Shown here one piece after another: positions 1 through 13,985 of a stretch of DNA of 64,000 bases. Both the position numbers and the translations under genes were made by a program. Below the pieces are notes generated by a model. It was not told where the DNA came from. It made no database searches and saw only the letters and a program-made list of their open reading frames with translations. Numbering within the stretch: position 1 is the first letter of the stretch; each line of letters opens with the position of its first letter. Source of the stretch: Lama guanicoe (lineage: Eukaryota); contig MU054323.1 of NCBI GenBank assembly GCA_013239625.1, positions 9,455,186 through 9,519,185 of the forward strand, given 5' to 3'.

Positions 1-1024
1 ACGAGGACAGTATGGGCTGCTTTTAGAAACAGTCTCTTCAAATGAATTTCCATAATTACGTTGGAATCTATCTTTATAGCCAGTTTTGTTGTGGGTTTCT
101 GTTAAAATGGTTTTCTGTTTTTAAAATCAAGTATACAGAACTGTTTTCATCCCCTTTTTAAACAAAGCCACTTAAGCAAACTTATCATCTGTTTTTCTTT
201 TCCCAAAATAACATTTCTGATCCTGCATTAAGCCTGCAAAGCAAGCACTGTTTTTATAAATTGACATAAAACCCCTATTATATAAATAGAATTGTTTTAC
301 TTTTAAAGGGTACAAAATGGCTATCAGTACCAATTGTGTCAAGGTTATTTCAAGCGCTTTATCTCAAGCTTTTGTTATTCATGGAAACTCAGTGTGGCTA
401 CAGCCAATATAAACAATTTGGGGGGTCTCTTTCTCCCACTGTTTCAGCCGTTTTGAAGACGTTTTATAAGGAATGTATTTTTGGGTTAGAAGCTGATGTG
501 TTAGTGACTAACTTTCAGATGCCTAGCTTAATGAGTTCACAGTTTTTTTTGTAGAAACTGTCGTTGATAACAAGGAAATATAGAAAGGCAAAATAAAATA
601 TCCTGTTGTAACACTCCTTATTCTGAATATTACAAATTCAAAAAGAAAGAATTAAGCATTATCATGCCTTTTCAGTAGGCGATATAGTTCAGAATCACCA
701 AATAGACCCATTTGATGAGAGAAAGCTCTTCTTTACAGAGAATTGCAGCTGATAAAAAGGGAGACCTTTTTTTAAATGCAGAAAGAATGATAGAGTTTTA
801 AAAAAATCACCATTTTTCAGGCCCTAATGAAGTCATTCAGACAAGGATCTCACCAGATCCTAAAAGCATTAGGTGACAGGTTGGTGGGAGCTAGATCTTC
901 ACATGCTTCGAGAGGTACAGCCCTGGATTACTCACTATGGCAAAGGGAAAACAGCCCTTCAAAGTGGAGCAGTATGCCTGTCATCGCTTTAACCGATGAT
1001 CAAACTCAGTATCACCTATGGAGT

Positions 1025-1690
1025 TTTCTTGCCCAAAATATTTAACTTGAATCTAATCACATCTTTAGCTCTAATTTCCAATTTATAGGAAATGTGGAAG
1101 GTAGAGGAAAAAGGAAGAAAACAATCAGATCTAGAATGCAGGACATTCTACGATACAACTAGCCCGGTCTCTTCAAACAGTCAGTATCATGTGCACGTGT
1201 GCAGGCACACACACAGACACAGACACACACACACACACACACCCCCACCCCCCACAGGAGGCACTGTTATTCTAGAGTAAAAGACTTTCTAGATTAAATT
1301 CTAGATTGGCCCTGTTTATACCCTGCTTTTAAAAAAAAATGTTTTGGGGACAATTGGAAAGTTTTGAGAATGGGCAGGATACCAAACGAGTTCAGAGAAT
1401 GATTACTAAGTTTTGTTGAGTATGATAACAGTATTGTGGTTATGTAGGAAAGTGTCTTGTTTTTCGGAGCTGCATGCTGAAGTGTTTAGGGGCAAACTGT
1501 CATGATGTCTCTAATTTCCTTTGAAACGTTTCAGCAAGATTGATTGATAGGTTGATTGGTAGGTAGATGGCTGGATAAAGCAACTTGGTAAAATATTCAG
1601 AGTTGTTGAATATAGGTGTGGGAATATGAGTGTTCCTTTTACTATTCTTTCTACTTCTCTGAATCTTTGCAATTTTACATAATAAAGCAT
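1025..1690 (+). mobile_element. Old L1 3'-end fragment (L1MC/L1ME-like), interrupted by a (CA)n tract
   Basis: Typical L1MC4/5-type 3'UTR motifs (cccaaaatatttaacttgaatctaatc; gtattgtggttatgtagga; gaagtgtttagggg), ending in cataataaa. Confidence 0.65.
1206..1241. repeat. (CA)n microsatellite
   Basis: cacacacacagacacagacacacac... seen directly. Confidence 0.95.
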
Positions 1691-2685
1691 TTAATAATTT
1701 CCTACTCCACTTCTCAGTTTTGGGGTTCCTATTCCAGGTGCAGTATGTGATTCAAGGATACCACAAAAGAAGAGAGTATATTGCTGCTTTCCTCAGTCAC
1801 TTTGGCACGTAAGTTCTTTGTTGAGGTCGTGTATTGATGCCCTCCCTTGTGGTGACCCTGAGGTAGGGCTTGATTAAGAAAATAGCACTTAGTTCCTCTA
1901 CGTGCTACCTTTCACTGCCCTTTTGTTTCTTTTGGGTATGTTGCTTACACTCAAGCTCCCAGGAAGACTTTTTTTGTTTGTTTGTTTTTAACATTGTTTA
2001 GCAACTAAGAGAGTCAGATCTCTTCCCTGGAGCAGCAACATGACTCGCCCCAATGCAACAGTAACAGTAACAGTGGTCATAACACCTAGAGCTCTTTACA
2101 GTTTGCACAGTACTTTCATCTCCATCACCTCGCAGTAGTCATGAGGTGACCCAGGCGGGCTTTCCTGACACATTGGACTGAAGACTCTGAAACCCTGACA
2201 CGTTCAGCCACCCAGTGCAGGTCACACCCCATGAAGAGAGAGCACCGGGCTGGGAACCCTGTTTCTTAGGACTCAGGTCTCCTGACAGGACTCCCACTCC
2301 CAACAGTGCCACATCGATTTGGGGAGGAAATCTGGCATTAGACACACATTTGGGATTAGGGCTTGGAAGAAGTCACTGCAAGGGAGAAGGGAGGTGCGTG
2401 GCTGTGGTCCTGGGGTGGGGGGGTGGAGAACATCTCTTTGGCTGCCCTCCCTGTGCCCTTGCCCTTTCCTGTGGGCCCTGCAGCTCCACAGCTCTGTCCT
2501 CTTGTTGATGGCAGGGCCTTAGCACCCGCCCACTCACCTGCCCACTCACCCGCCTACCCTTCCTCTGGGAGAGGGCATGTGCTCTCCTCCCAGTCTGCTG
2601 TAAAGGGTGGGGCCTTCGTACCCACTGCGGGTACTAAACACTGAGGGTTTCTGTGGTCTAGTTATAGTCCACCTTATTCCAGAGA

Positions 2686-2744
2686 AGGGGAGAGAGAGGG
2701 AGAGAGAGAGAGAGAGTGTGTGCGCGTGTGTGTGCACGTGTGTG
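2686..2744. repeat. Compound (GA)n(GT)n microsatellite
   Basis: ggggagagagagggagagagagagagagagtgtgtgcgcgtgtgtgtgcacgtgtgtgt seen directly. Confidence 0.95.
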
Positions 2745-4099
2745 TAAATAAATAAATTAGAACAAAAGGAAAGTGGGAATAGGAAAGAGAAGATGAAATT
2801 AAGAATCAAGTTGGGATATAATTTTATAAATATGGCAGAACTATAAGCAAAATTTCTGACTCCTCAAAGCAATTTCTGGAAATTTTCTCATTATCTCAAG
2901 TGCAATTTTTCGTGTCTCCAAAATAGAAGAATCAACATCTCAACATTATGACTGCCTCTCGCAGGAGTCTCTAATACTTAAGAATTTTTTCAGCTTTATT
3001 TATGAACATTTTGAGAAAGTACTTATGGTACAAATAGTGGTTAATAAATGACACCATTAGTCTTCTCATTTTTTGAATAAGATTATCTTTAGTGTACATA
3101 TAATTGAAAATGGAGAAGCTACACAGTGACTTACAAAGCATACCCCGAGGGTGTATGTGCCACCTCACTACTGGTATTCAAGAAAAGTATGAAAATTGCA
3201 TTGACGTTTGTCTTTAAATCTCATTTTTTGTGTACACTTTGGTGTTTTACTGATCATATGCTATAGTAATATAGCAGCACTTGTATACAGCTCCTAACCC
3301 ATATACCAGCACGACCATCCACTGTACTGTATGTATAATGAAGAGGATTCTGTGCTTGGTTTTGCTCATGGGATGCAGGATCTAAAAAGTTGGGATATCA
3401 GTGTTGTAAATTAATATTGAGTAAATTATACATTCATGAAAAGAAATATAAACTGGTGAACAGGTTTATTGACTTAAGTCAGAAGGTCCTAGTGATATAT
3501 CAGCAGTCTTTGGGCAAATCACTTAGCCTTCGGGGCCGTAGTTCCTTAACCTTCACAATGGGTGCAACTGTTCCTTCCTACTTAAACCTGAAGGACATCA
3601 GTATTCAAGGTCTGATTGGCCTGACTCGGCCAGAGAGAAGGCGTCTCCATGGGCAGCAAAGGCCTCCTCATGTGGATGAGGGAGAACATTATTCTTGTCC
3701 TCGCTGTGTGGTTAGTGTTGTCACATTATGGTCACATCCCGCAAGCTCTCCGCTCCTGAGGGAGATGAGGGAGGTGAGCCCGCTGGAATTCTGCCCTGGC
3801 CCTTCTGCGGTCAGGAGTTGCTCTCCTTTGATGCACGAGGTGTGCATCTCCCGCCTGAACCCAGCATCTGCCCAGCCAACATTGCTACTTTGTCTTGAGC
3901 CCAGTGGGGAGGATAGGGGGACACAAGAGAAAGGATGCCAGGTACTTTGGAAGAAAGTAATCTGTAATCCTGAGCTTGGTGATATTGTCATTGCTCATTT
4001 CTGTGCAGTGCCTGAGTGACAGTGAGACAGCACAGGCACTGTTCAGACAATAGAGATGTTGCCACTCAGATTTCTTTTTTTGTCCTTTGGCTCATAACT

Positions 4100-4320
4100 A
4101 GTAACTAACATTTGCATAGGATTTTATGGTTTACCTCACTTGGTTTTCACCACTCCATGATGAAGTTTGCAAATATTATTATTTTTGTTTTACAGATGAG
4201 GAAACTGAGGCTTCAAAGGTTAAGTGATTTGCCTGAGGTCACAATAGATAGTTAATGGTAAAGCTGTGGCTTCAACCTGGACACTTTCATTCCAAATCCC
4301 ACATCCTTCCTGTGGTAACA
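4100..4320 (-). mobile_element. MIR SINE
   Basis: Core ttttacagatgaggaaactgaggct...ggttaagtgatttgcctgaggtcaca. Confidence 0.85.
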
Positions 4321-4452
4321 CTCACTTGTTTTAAATCCATCTCGGATTTAATAACCCCGACTTAATGAAGACATTCTTTACTTGGTTCCATCTCTGTTAT
4401 ACCTTGTTTTTATAAGGGTTTTTTGTTGTGTGTGTATGTTTTTATTACTTAG

Positions 4453-4535
4453 GGGTGTCGTGGAATATGATGCAGAAGGCTTTACAAAACTCACTCTGTT
4501 GCTGATGTGGAAAGATTTTTGTTTTCTTGTACACA
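4453..4535 (+). CDS. BABAM2: BABAM2 (BRE/BRCC45) internal coding exon, 83 nt (probably exon 10)
   Basis: Acceptor tttattacttag|G at 4452/4453 and donor CACA|gtgagt at 4535/4536. Translates as [27 protein letters not shown], which I recognise from BRE/BABAM2. Its last base A joins TT of the next exon to make Ile, keeping frame. Confidence 0.97.
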
Positions 4536-4674
4536 GTGAGTATACTTTTGCTATTAGCATGTCAGCATACATTTAAAAATGCACTAAACTGCATGTATTA
4601 ATGACTGTGACAAGCTTCAGTGTCCTGACTTGGCATATTTACTGCACGGTCTTAAAGAGAAAATATCTCTAGAC

Positions 4675-4905
4675 CAGTAGTTTTCAGTGTATAATTTTCC
4701 ATTCAGGGAATGTTTGGTAATGTGTAGAGACATTTTTGTTTGTCACAATGGGTGGGGGACCAGGGGTGGTGGTTGTCATTACTGGCATTAAGTAGGTAGA
4801 GGTCAGGGATGCTGCTAAACATCCTATAATGCATAGGACAAGCTCCTAAAATGGAAAAAATTAGTGAGTACGAAATGTCAGGAGTGCAGAATTTAAGAAA
4901 CCCTA
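4675..4905. mobile_element. MER20-like hAT-Charlie MITE with 8-bp TSD
   Basis: MER20 motifs (gagacatttttgtttgtcacaa; ggtagaggtcagggatgctgctaaacatccta). Flanks ctctagac (4667-4674) and ccctagac (4906-4913) match 7/8 and fit the hAT NTCTAGAN target. Confidence 0.88.
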
Positions 4906-7900
4906 CCCTAGACAGATTTCCATTTTCAGAATACCTTTCCAGGATCAGGCCTCAGAACTTTCAGGATTACTCAGAACATACTGTTTTGATCATTTGGTTG
5001 TCATCCTTAGTAAGTGAAAAAATCTACAACTTTGATAATATAATATATATGTTAAAGATGGGACACTGTTTTAATGAATTCCTAACATGAATACTCCGTG
5101 TTTTCCACATAGTAGACATACTTAAATGCTTGTGGTATTATAGTAATCAGTCAGTCAGTAACATTGGTCCAGCTTTTGCTTAATTTGCTTAAATTTAGAG
5201 TCTCTTTTGTTTGTTTCTTTGTTCTTTAAGAGCCAGTGACCTCTGGTGCCAGGTTTAAGTTACAAGTCAACTATGCACTTTATTCTTTAGTAATTTGGTC
5301 TGCAAAATACCCAATCTTCCAGCCAAAGGCAGAGAAGTTCCAGTTCTCCCAAATCCAGGGAAGATTCTTTTCTTTTACAGAAAAGCAGTGGGTTCGGGTT
5401 GACTTCACTCAGTGTATGGAACTACCCTAGACCTTAACAGACCGTTTCAGGAAGCAGAGCTTTGGCCAAACCATCAGGCGGTGTAAAGATAATGGCTTGG
5501 GGGATTTTTTTTTCCCTCAGCAGATTTGCCGTCTTCGTTGGGATTGACTTAGGCTAAAATAGTTCTTAAATTAATTTGTCTTACATGACTTTGCACCAAC
5601 AGATAGTAGGAGAAGAAACTTGAAAGTGTCCATAGTGGTTGAAGGAAGAAAGCCTCTAATGGAAACCTTACTAGGGTATAACCCACATGGAGGTAATTGA
5701 GAGTTGGCTGTACATACTTTAAAGAAGTTCTCCCTTTCTTTCAAGGTGTTTCCCAGTGATAACCACCTTGTCATGCGCGCTTCATATGAAGCTTCTACTC
5801 AATAGCTTGTTTCCCATTGGGACCATCTTTTCCAGTGCATCTGAAAAGCGCAAGCATGTTGCTCTGTGTTAACTATGTGCACAGATAAACAGAGAATTGG
5901 AGAGGGAGAGATTTTAATCTTGGGTGTGCCTTCAACTAATTATATGATCTTGTTCAAATCTCTAAGACAAGCCTCCCTCTGCTTTAGTTTCCTCCTATGT
6001 CACGGGTTGTTAAGTCCCGTGGAGACATCAGTAGATGAGCTTGACCTCCAGCTCAGGGCCAGGAGGAGGAGGAAGCCCCACAGTCAAGGCCTCCTGGCAG
6101 TCCCGTTTGCTCACCATTATCTGTGGCCCTATGTGCTGAGCTGCATCCTGGTGCTTCCAGCTGTCACTTTTGGTCCTGGCCCATATGTCTCATGGCTTTG
6201 GTTTTCTGTTCTGAGTGTTAATTCCTTGCTGGGCTCTCACTTCCCATTTGCCACCTCCACTTGGCCCCATCTTGATCCCAGTGATTCTGTGTCTAGCCTG
6301 GTAGCTGGACCCCAGATCCCGATTGTATGCTTGATTTGTCTCTCATGACCCTGGACAGCTGCCTGAGTGATCAGTCTGGTGTGTTTCTTCTAGCCCAGCT
6401 TAGCAAGAGGGACCTGTACCCTGTTGCAAATGGTAGTGGCTACGGTCAGGGTCCCCCAGAGTGGCTATGAGAGAAGGATACAGAAGGAAGGACACACAGA
6501 AGGACAGTCACAAACAATAAGTTAGATGACTGTTTCATCCAGTATTTTTCATTCCAAAGTGGCATGAAATCTCAACTCTTTTTCCTGAAACTGATTTTGA
6601 TCTCCTAGCCATGATTCCACTTTCAAAAAAGTTGAAGTCAGATCATATCTGATTTAAGGAGGAAAAATTATACTTGGCACTGATCTTCCTAACCTGTGTT
6701 TATGCATCCAGCTCAAGGATGGTTGTTCTGGTGGTGCTGGCACAGGGGATGTTCGGGAACAGGAGAGCACGCGCCGCCCAGCCCCTGCCAGCCCTCTTCT
6801 CAGTGCGTGCAGTGTTACAGCGCTTCTTGTCCTTTGGAAGGCCTGTTCCCCAAAGAATATTTTGTCCACGGTACCATGTGTCCAGTATTTCTTACCGCTC
6901 CCTCTCTTCCTCACTCTCTCAGTTTTCCTGTCAGACTTGTAAAAATAAGTCTCAAAGTCATATTTTCACTGAGTTTTGATCACCTTCTTCAGAAACATAG
7001 AACCCCCAGGGACTCATTAGAACACCTCTGAGGCCTTGCGGTTTGTTTAATTTATTTTTTGCAAAGTGTTTCCTCAGGCTATTAGTCCTTTCCTCCCCAG
7101 GCGATTTGTTCCTTGTCTCTTAGCATCAGGGCCCAATTGGCTCTTTGGCAGATAAGACCTTGTCTGTGCATCAGGGGGCTTTGGTGCTGTTTCCTGCTCC
7201 ATCTTATCTCACAGCCTGTCTTTAAATAAATTATTTCCACCCCTTTGCTTCTTTCTTGTATCTGAAATGGAGGACTTGCTCCGTCAGAGCGAAGCTTGGC
7301 GAATAATACATTTTACTCAGTTATACAGTGAAACATCTGATACTTACCTTCTTTTGGAAGCATCTTCTTGTGTGGTCACAACCCCCAAGGGACCACTTGT
7401 TCCCTTTTTTCTTTCCATGAAGATGGGAAGGTGAATATGGAGTGGCAGAGACTTAGTGATAGAACGTTGCAGTGAGTTACTCTGAGATCCCAAGAACATG
7501 GAAAAGAAAGGAGGAAATGCCTAGAGATGGAGCCAGTCTTGTGTGGCTGGCTCACTACTCCACGGAGATTGAAGACGTGGCAAGACACCAAGTAACGTCT
7601 CTGCTCTCCCCACCCTCTGCTCTGCCCAGGCCCGGGAAGACGACTCAGGAGGGCAGGTGCTGGCAATAATTCTGAGCATCTTGGATGCTAGAGGAAAGAG
7701 GCACTCCTCTCTTAAGGCAGATGGCTCTGACCTCAGGCTTTGCCAGAGTGTGCGGAAGCAAGAACGCCCTGCAGGGAACCATTGTGCATATTCTAGGACC
7801 TCTCAGGAGACACCACAACTTCCTGGCATTCTGGCAGTTCCAGGAGTGGGCTGTGGCCGTAATTGTGGCCACGGAGCATTTCCCTCCATTTATTCCTTCT

Positions 7901-8585
7901 TTCCTTCCTTTGTTCATGATCAGCATCTCACGTGATTTGGAACCACAGCAGGGTTATTCAGAAACTGTTTTCAGGAAGGTTTCCTGGTCATCATCTAAGA
8001 ATTACTTGTAGTGGTTATGTAGGTAATTCTGTATTTACCAGGCTGTTTTTACCTCCAGAGGTAGATGCTGTGTAAGCCAGCAGCTTTTCAGAATGCTGGG
8101 TGACAAGAGAACCAGCTAGCAAGACACAGTAACACAGAACAAATGCAAGCTCTGGGGAAAACTGGCTCTTTTTCATGGGCCCCAGTCAGCTGCACAGGAA
8201 GGAGTGCAGCTGCCTAAGGTCGCAGGGTTGCTGCTTGGAAGGGGAGGGTACTGAGGTTGTGACTTCCAAGGCAGGTGAGAGTCTGTGACTGCATGAGAAG
8301 CTGTCTTTTCCCACTACCTGTAACTTCTTGGTAAATGACCCTTTGAGTCATCCAGCCTGGACCCTAGGCCTTACCCCTGGCAAAATACCTATTAGATCAA
8401 ATCTGACCATTTTAGCTGTTCCGTTTCATTTTTTTCTCTTTTCTACCCCTATCCCAATCAATTTGACTAATTCAGCTGAGTTCTAAGTTTACTGAGAACC
8501 TGCTGTGTGCTCAGTACTGTGCTAGGGCCCCACGGGATATAAGTAAATAACTCAGGCCTGACCTTAAGACACTTAGAGTCTAGCA

Positions 8586-8775
8586 CTCGGGTTGGCTGGC
8601 TACAGCCTATAGCCAAACTCCACCCTCAGCCTGTTTTATACGGCCCTTGAGCTAAGAATGGTTTTTATGTTTTTAAAGGGTTGTTAGGGAAAAAGAAGAA
8701 GAATTTACAACAAAAATGGTAAAGCTTACAATTTTTACTCTTTTACTCTTTACAAAAGAAGTTTGCCAACCCCTG
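8586..8775. mobile_element. MER58-like hAT-Charlie MITE
   Basis: gagctaagaatggtttttatgtttttaaagggttg ... aagtttgccaacccctg end; flanks gtctagca / gtctaatt. Confidence 0.8.
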
Positions 8776-8859
8776 GTCTAATTAATGAGAAAAGAGATCA
8801 GATAAAGGTGGAGTACAATAATGCGCATTTTTTAAAGAGATATTTTGTGAGCTTGCCTA

Positions 8860-9330
8860 TTGTATGCAAGGTACAAAGTAATCTATGACACAGAGAGAAT
8901 TTCATATGTTATATACATAAGCGAGAAATAGAAAAAGACAGAGACTCCCTCCCTAATAGGGTCTAATGAGAGAGACAAACAATAAAAAAGTAAGCTGGCA
9001 AATATGTAAATTACAAATTATGGTGACAGATACCATAATGGAACAAAACATGGGGCTATGAAAGAGGCTAAGAGGGCAGCTGTTGTTAAGATGGTCAGGG
9101 AAGCCATCTCGTAGGAGGTGACATTTCAGCTGAGACCTTAGTGAGCAGCCATTGAGATTCAGGGAGGAGATTTCCGGGAAAGAAGTCAGCTTGTGCATAG
9201 AGCTACAAAAGTAGCAAAGAGCTTTGCATGAGCTAGTATGGCTGGAGCACAGTGAGCAAGGAGAGGATCATATAAGAGAAGTTAGAAAGAGTATCAGGGC
9301 CAGATCAGATGGTGCCTCACAGGCCGTAGG
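8860..9330 (-). mobile_element. L2 fragment
   Basis: L2-like gatggtcagggaagcc...gaggtgacatttcagctgagacct...gctggagcacagtgagcaagg. Confidence 0.7.
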
Positions 9331-9745
9331 TATCAGGATTAAGGAGTAATAGACACTTGAAAGACTATAGTTTAAGCAAGACAGAAGTTTATTTATTTTT
9401 TGCATATAAATAGGCAATCCAGGCCTGGAATGACAGATCAAAAGGTCACATAGGACCCAGGTTTCTTCTTTAAACTCTGTCATCTCTTGGGTGTGGCTTT
9501 CTTGCTTACAAAACAAGAAAGCTGTTGGAGCTCCAGCCATCACATCCATAATCCAAGTAGCAGAACAGAAAAAAGATAGAAGAAGGATATAAATTTCTCA
9601 TTTATTGAGACTTTCAAGAAGTCTCATGTGCCACTTACAATTACATGTCATTGTTTCAGAACTTAGTTCGTATAGCTTCAACATGTGAGCTAGGGCCGAC
9701 TGGGAAATTTGTTCTTTAGCTGGGAAATTTGTTCTTTAGTAAGTA
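9330..9745. mobile_element. Old MaLR LTR (MLT1-like) containing a 20-bp tandem duplication
   Basis: MLT1-like motifs gctccagccatcacatcc and cagaacttagt; ctgggaaatttgttctttag occurs twice at 9700-9739. Confidence 0.6.
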
Positions 9746-10089
9746 ACTAACTACAAGTCTCTTTCAAATAAAGACAGGGAGTTTAGATTTTATCTAGGTC
9801 AAGTTTCCATCATAAAGCAGATGGCACATCACATGGGTCACTAGGGAGAAGTCAGTGAGAAGACTGTGTTCAAATGTGTGGATAGAGTTAAAGAAAACCG
9901 AAAGGGATGATTAGCAGCAGCAAGGAGTCATGACCTTCCCTAGGACTGCGTAGGCAAGAGGAGAGTGGTTACAGAAGCTGGAAAGAGCCATAATAGCTGG
10001 AGCTGTAGGAAGCGGTTCCCTGGCAGGAGCTGGGAAGGGCCTTTGGTTGAGGAATGTAGCTACTACTCATCTATAGCCGTGCAGGAAGG

Positions 10090-10890
10090 GGTATTTCTCC
10101 TTTCAGTTCCATCAGTTTTGTTGTTAGGTACATGTACATTTATAATTGTTACATTTTCTTGTTGTATTGGCCCTTTTATCATTATGGAATTATCCTCTTT
10201 GTCTATAGTGACATTTCTTTCCTGAAAGTTTATTTCATCCATTATTAATAACCCATCCCAGCTCTATTATGCTTATTATTTGCTTGATATACCTTTTCCA
10301 TCCCATTGCTTTCAACCTTTTTTTTTTTTTTTTTTTGCCTTTAAATCTGAAGTGTGTCTCTTGTAGATAACGTATGGTTGGGTTTTGCCTTTGTATAATT
10401 TAAGCAGTCTCTGCTGTTTTATTGAAAAGTTTAATCCATTGGCATTTAATATAATTATTGGTATGGTTGGATTTGGGCCTGCCATTTTGGTGTTTGTTTT
10501 CTGTTTGTCTCATTCCTTTTTTGTTCCTATTTTACTGCCTTACTTTATGACAAACAAATGTTTTTAGTGTACCACCTTAAGTTCTCTGTTGATATTTTTA
10601 GCTACCTTTTTTGGAATTATTTTCTTAATGGTTTATTCTAGAGATTACAGTATGCATCTTTAACTTGACACAGTCTACTGTACATTAATAGTGACTTAAT
10701 TCTGGTAAAATATAACAACTTTGCTCCTTTCCCTCCTCCTTGTCTGTGCTATTATTGTCATATATATCACATCTGCATTTGTCATAATATAAACACAACA
10801 ATACAGCTTTTTCTGTTATTGCTATAAACAGTTTTACATTTTCAAAAGAAATTAGAAGGAAATAATTTTCTTTGTATTTTGCTCTGTCCA
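10090..10890 (-). mobile_element. Old L1 internal fragment
   Basis: T-rich sequence with L1 motifs (tttctcctttcagttc; aagtgtgtctcttgtaga; ctgctgttttattga; tttaatataattattg); resembles the 57800-58600 part of the long L1. Confidence 0.7.
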
Positions 10891-12739
10891 TGATTTCCAG
10901 TAGGTCTTAGTAGGACTTCAATTGCTCTGTTACTCCATGTTCATAGTTGTTATAGTGGCTGCAGGAGAAAGTGGCAGGGTTCATTCGGTCTAGCCAATGA
11001 TGAGTTTCTTGCTCTGATTTTTTTTCTTTATTTTAAATAATTAAACTTCACACAGATTTCTTAATATACTTCTTTTGGCATTTGTTTTTATCTGTCTCTC
11101 TTTCCACTTATCCATTCATTCATTAGCTTTAAGTTTATATTAAGTCCAGGAAACAGTTGTTTTGCTTTACAGAGAGCTCCCTTTCTGGTAAGACTTTTTT
11201 TTTTGAAACTAGAGGAAACTGACAACTGTAGACTAATTCTGCTAGTCATTTAAATAATTCTTTCCTCATAGGCCTGTAATCAAGGCCAATAAGCTGGAAA
11301 TCAGGACAGCTTTTGAAACTAAGTAAAAATCAGAGGCTTCTGTTTATTGTTGCAAATGCCCCTTCCAAGATCTGACTGTGTCAGGCTGTGTGATTGCTGG
11401 CATAACCAAGGAAATTATTTGCATTGATGTATCACTGTCATTTCACCACTCAAAGGCAAAGCTATTAAAGCAGCAGCCACTCAGTTGCTGAGCAAAGTGG
11501 TGTGGACTCATCTCTTTGCCAGAGAAACAATGTCTTATAGAATATTTAGCAGCAGCAAGCAAGATGGCTGCTAGATAATTCAGCAGAACCAAAACTGTGG
11601 CTTCTCAAATCTGCTTACTTTTTGCATACAGATCCCATTTTTATATGAGTAAATAGGTTTGAAGAGTAAATCAGAATCAACAAAGTGATTAAAATTTGGA
11701 ACCACGATGATATGTATTAGAATTCATTCCAAACCAAATTTATAACAGGTGTAATACTATTTTAGAATTAATATGTTTAGCTCAGATCAGGTGTGTAGAA
11801 AGCTTTGTGATTTAATTTTTATCCTTTGTAGTAGTAATAATAATTACCAAAGCAGCAGGAACTAAAATTGGTTATGAACAAAAAGTGAAACCCAATCAGT
11901 TCTCTGCACTGTTCAAAATGATAAATATATATATATATGAAGAGAAAAGAAAATCTACTTTCTAAATGCCTTTTTGCTTTGATTATGAGAACTTCAGTGT
12001 CTTTTAGATACTTTAAACATTTTGGTTAATTTTTATCCTGGACTTCCTTGAAAGTGGTTAGCTCTGCTAGGCAAAGTGGTTTTCATCTTTTGATTACACA
12101 CACAAACACTCCCTGTTCATGGTTTACAACTCAAATAGTGCCAGTCCTTTAGCAACCACTGTCACTATTTTGATTCAGATTGAAACTTCTGTTTCGTGTT
12201 TAGAGTCTACTTCCAGAAAGTCTTTTTTTTTTCTTTTTTTTTTTTTTTTGTAAGTTCTGACGTTGGTTGAGAATTCATTATTTCCACTGGGAATATTCTC
12301 TTTATTCTAATACCTTGTGAGACCTTTTCAGTGACCTTAAGGACTTCTTATAAGGAAAAAGATTGTAGATTAGATACACAGTACCATACAGTGATTTTTT
12401 TCCCTGTATACCCTCTTATATATGTTGTATGATTCTTTTCAACTGTAATTATGGAATTAAAGTAATTGCTAAAGTGAGTTTATCTGATTAAAGAAAGGTC
12501 ATGAAAACTCGGTAATTTTGACTTAAAAACGTATGCAGCTGCTTTGAAGTTAACAAATTGTCACCCAAGAAGGTACCAAACTCAATGAAAGAAAGGAAGT
12601 TTTTTACAAAGAGTAACTTTTGTGGTGTCACTCTTTCCGTGTAACCTTCTCTTAGAGTTAGTTTTAACGTATTATTGAAACATGAGCATTATTTTGGAGT
12701 AAAACGTTTGCTGTTGTTGAAGATAATAGTTATGGTAAT

Positions 12740-12975
12740 AATAGTGAACGGATAGTAAGTGCATACCATGCTTCAGATACTGTTGTCGGTAATTTGCATA
12801 TGTATATAGTTTTTAATCCTCACAGCATCCTTCTGAGGATAGTTACTAGTAATGCCCCATTTTACAAATGACAAAACTGTGGCACAAAAAGAGTAAATCT
12901 ATTATTCACTGTGAGCAGAGTTAAGATTTAAGTCCAGGAACTGATTCCAGAGCCCATGTGCTGAACTGCATTACT
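12740..12975 (-). mobile_element. MIR SINE
   Basis: tttaatcctcacagc...ccccattttacaaatgacaaaactgtggcaca...ctgattccagagccc. Confidence 0.8.
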
Positions 12976-13629
12976 GTAATGCTTCAGATCACTGGTTGGC
13001 AATATCCCCAAGTATGTGATGAATGTTGAAAGCCTTTGGAGTTTGACAGAGAACCTGGAAGTCCCAGGAGCAAAAGTAGGGGGGTCGGTGTCCATCCGCG
13101 CCCTTGGAGATATGAGTGCCCTGTCTCCTCCTTCAGGAGCCTGAGTGGACATCTCACCAAAGACATGACTGATCTGAAGGCTGCGAGGCCTGAAGCTGGC
13201 GTCACTCTTCAGTGGTGGTGACAGGTTGTCCAGCTGTGATTTCCTGTCTAGTGGCACAAACATATTGACTCAAGTAGGGTTTCATTCTGTAGCCACAGAA
13301 GAAGCAAAACTAACTGGCTTAATGAAAGAACTACCAGCTCCTGCTGATCAAAAACTAGTTTTAACCTGTTTAGACATAGTGAATGTGGTCAGTTGTAATG
13401 GTTCATTATACGAAGTCCACGCAAGCTTACAAAGTCAAATGCTGTGTGAGCCAAATAGACAGCATAATTGTGGGAGTAGCCCGGGATCCCAGACAAGAAG
13501 GAGTGGTAAGTACTGTGACCAGCTACGTGCTCCTTTACGTGATTTTGATTTTTTTTTCTTAAAGAGTACAATCCAAACATTTTTGTTGGCTGGATCTATC
13601 CTGATAGCCTATGAATCTTTTTTAAAAAA

Positions 13630-13985
13630 CACTTTTTAATAAAAATTTCAAACGAACACAACAATAGAGAGAAGAATATAATGAGCTCCCCAGCCCCTGT
13701 AACCCATATTGCAGTTTTGTCTACCTTGTTCCTTTTTTCTTTTTAATTTTCTGGAATATTTTGAAGCAAATGTGAAATATTATTTCACCTCAAAGTAATT
13801 CAGTGTGCAACTCTAACAGATAAGAATTTTTTTAAAAGGTGTATCGAAAATAACATTACTACACCTAATTCTTTAATAGCATCTAATTCCCAGTCTATGT
13901 TCAGATTTCCCTGTTTGCTTCAAACATACTTTTTTTTCACAATTGGCTGTTCAAAGCAGGATCCAAACAAGTCAGGACCTGTAAA
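13630..13985 (-). mobile_element. Old L1MC-type 3'-end fragment
   Basis: aaaatttcaaac...tagagagaagaatataatga; tattttgaagcaaat; ttcaaagcaggatccaaacaag. Confidence 0.65.

Noticed and set aside
3390..4019. 209-aa ORF
   Set aside because: Starts at TTG, includes MIR-like sequence (ggcaaatcacttagcct) and has no recognisable domain.
4382..4576. 64-aa ORF as a standalone gene
   Set aside because: Only 4453-4535 is coding (a BABAM2 exon bounded by splice sites); the flanks are intronic read-through.
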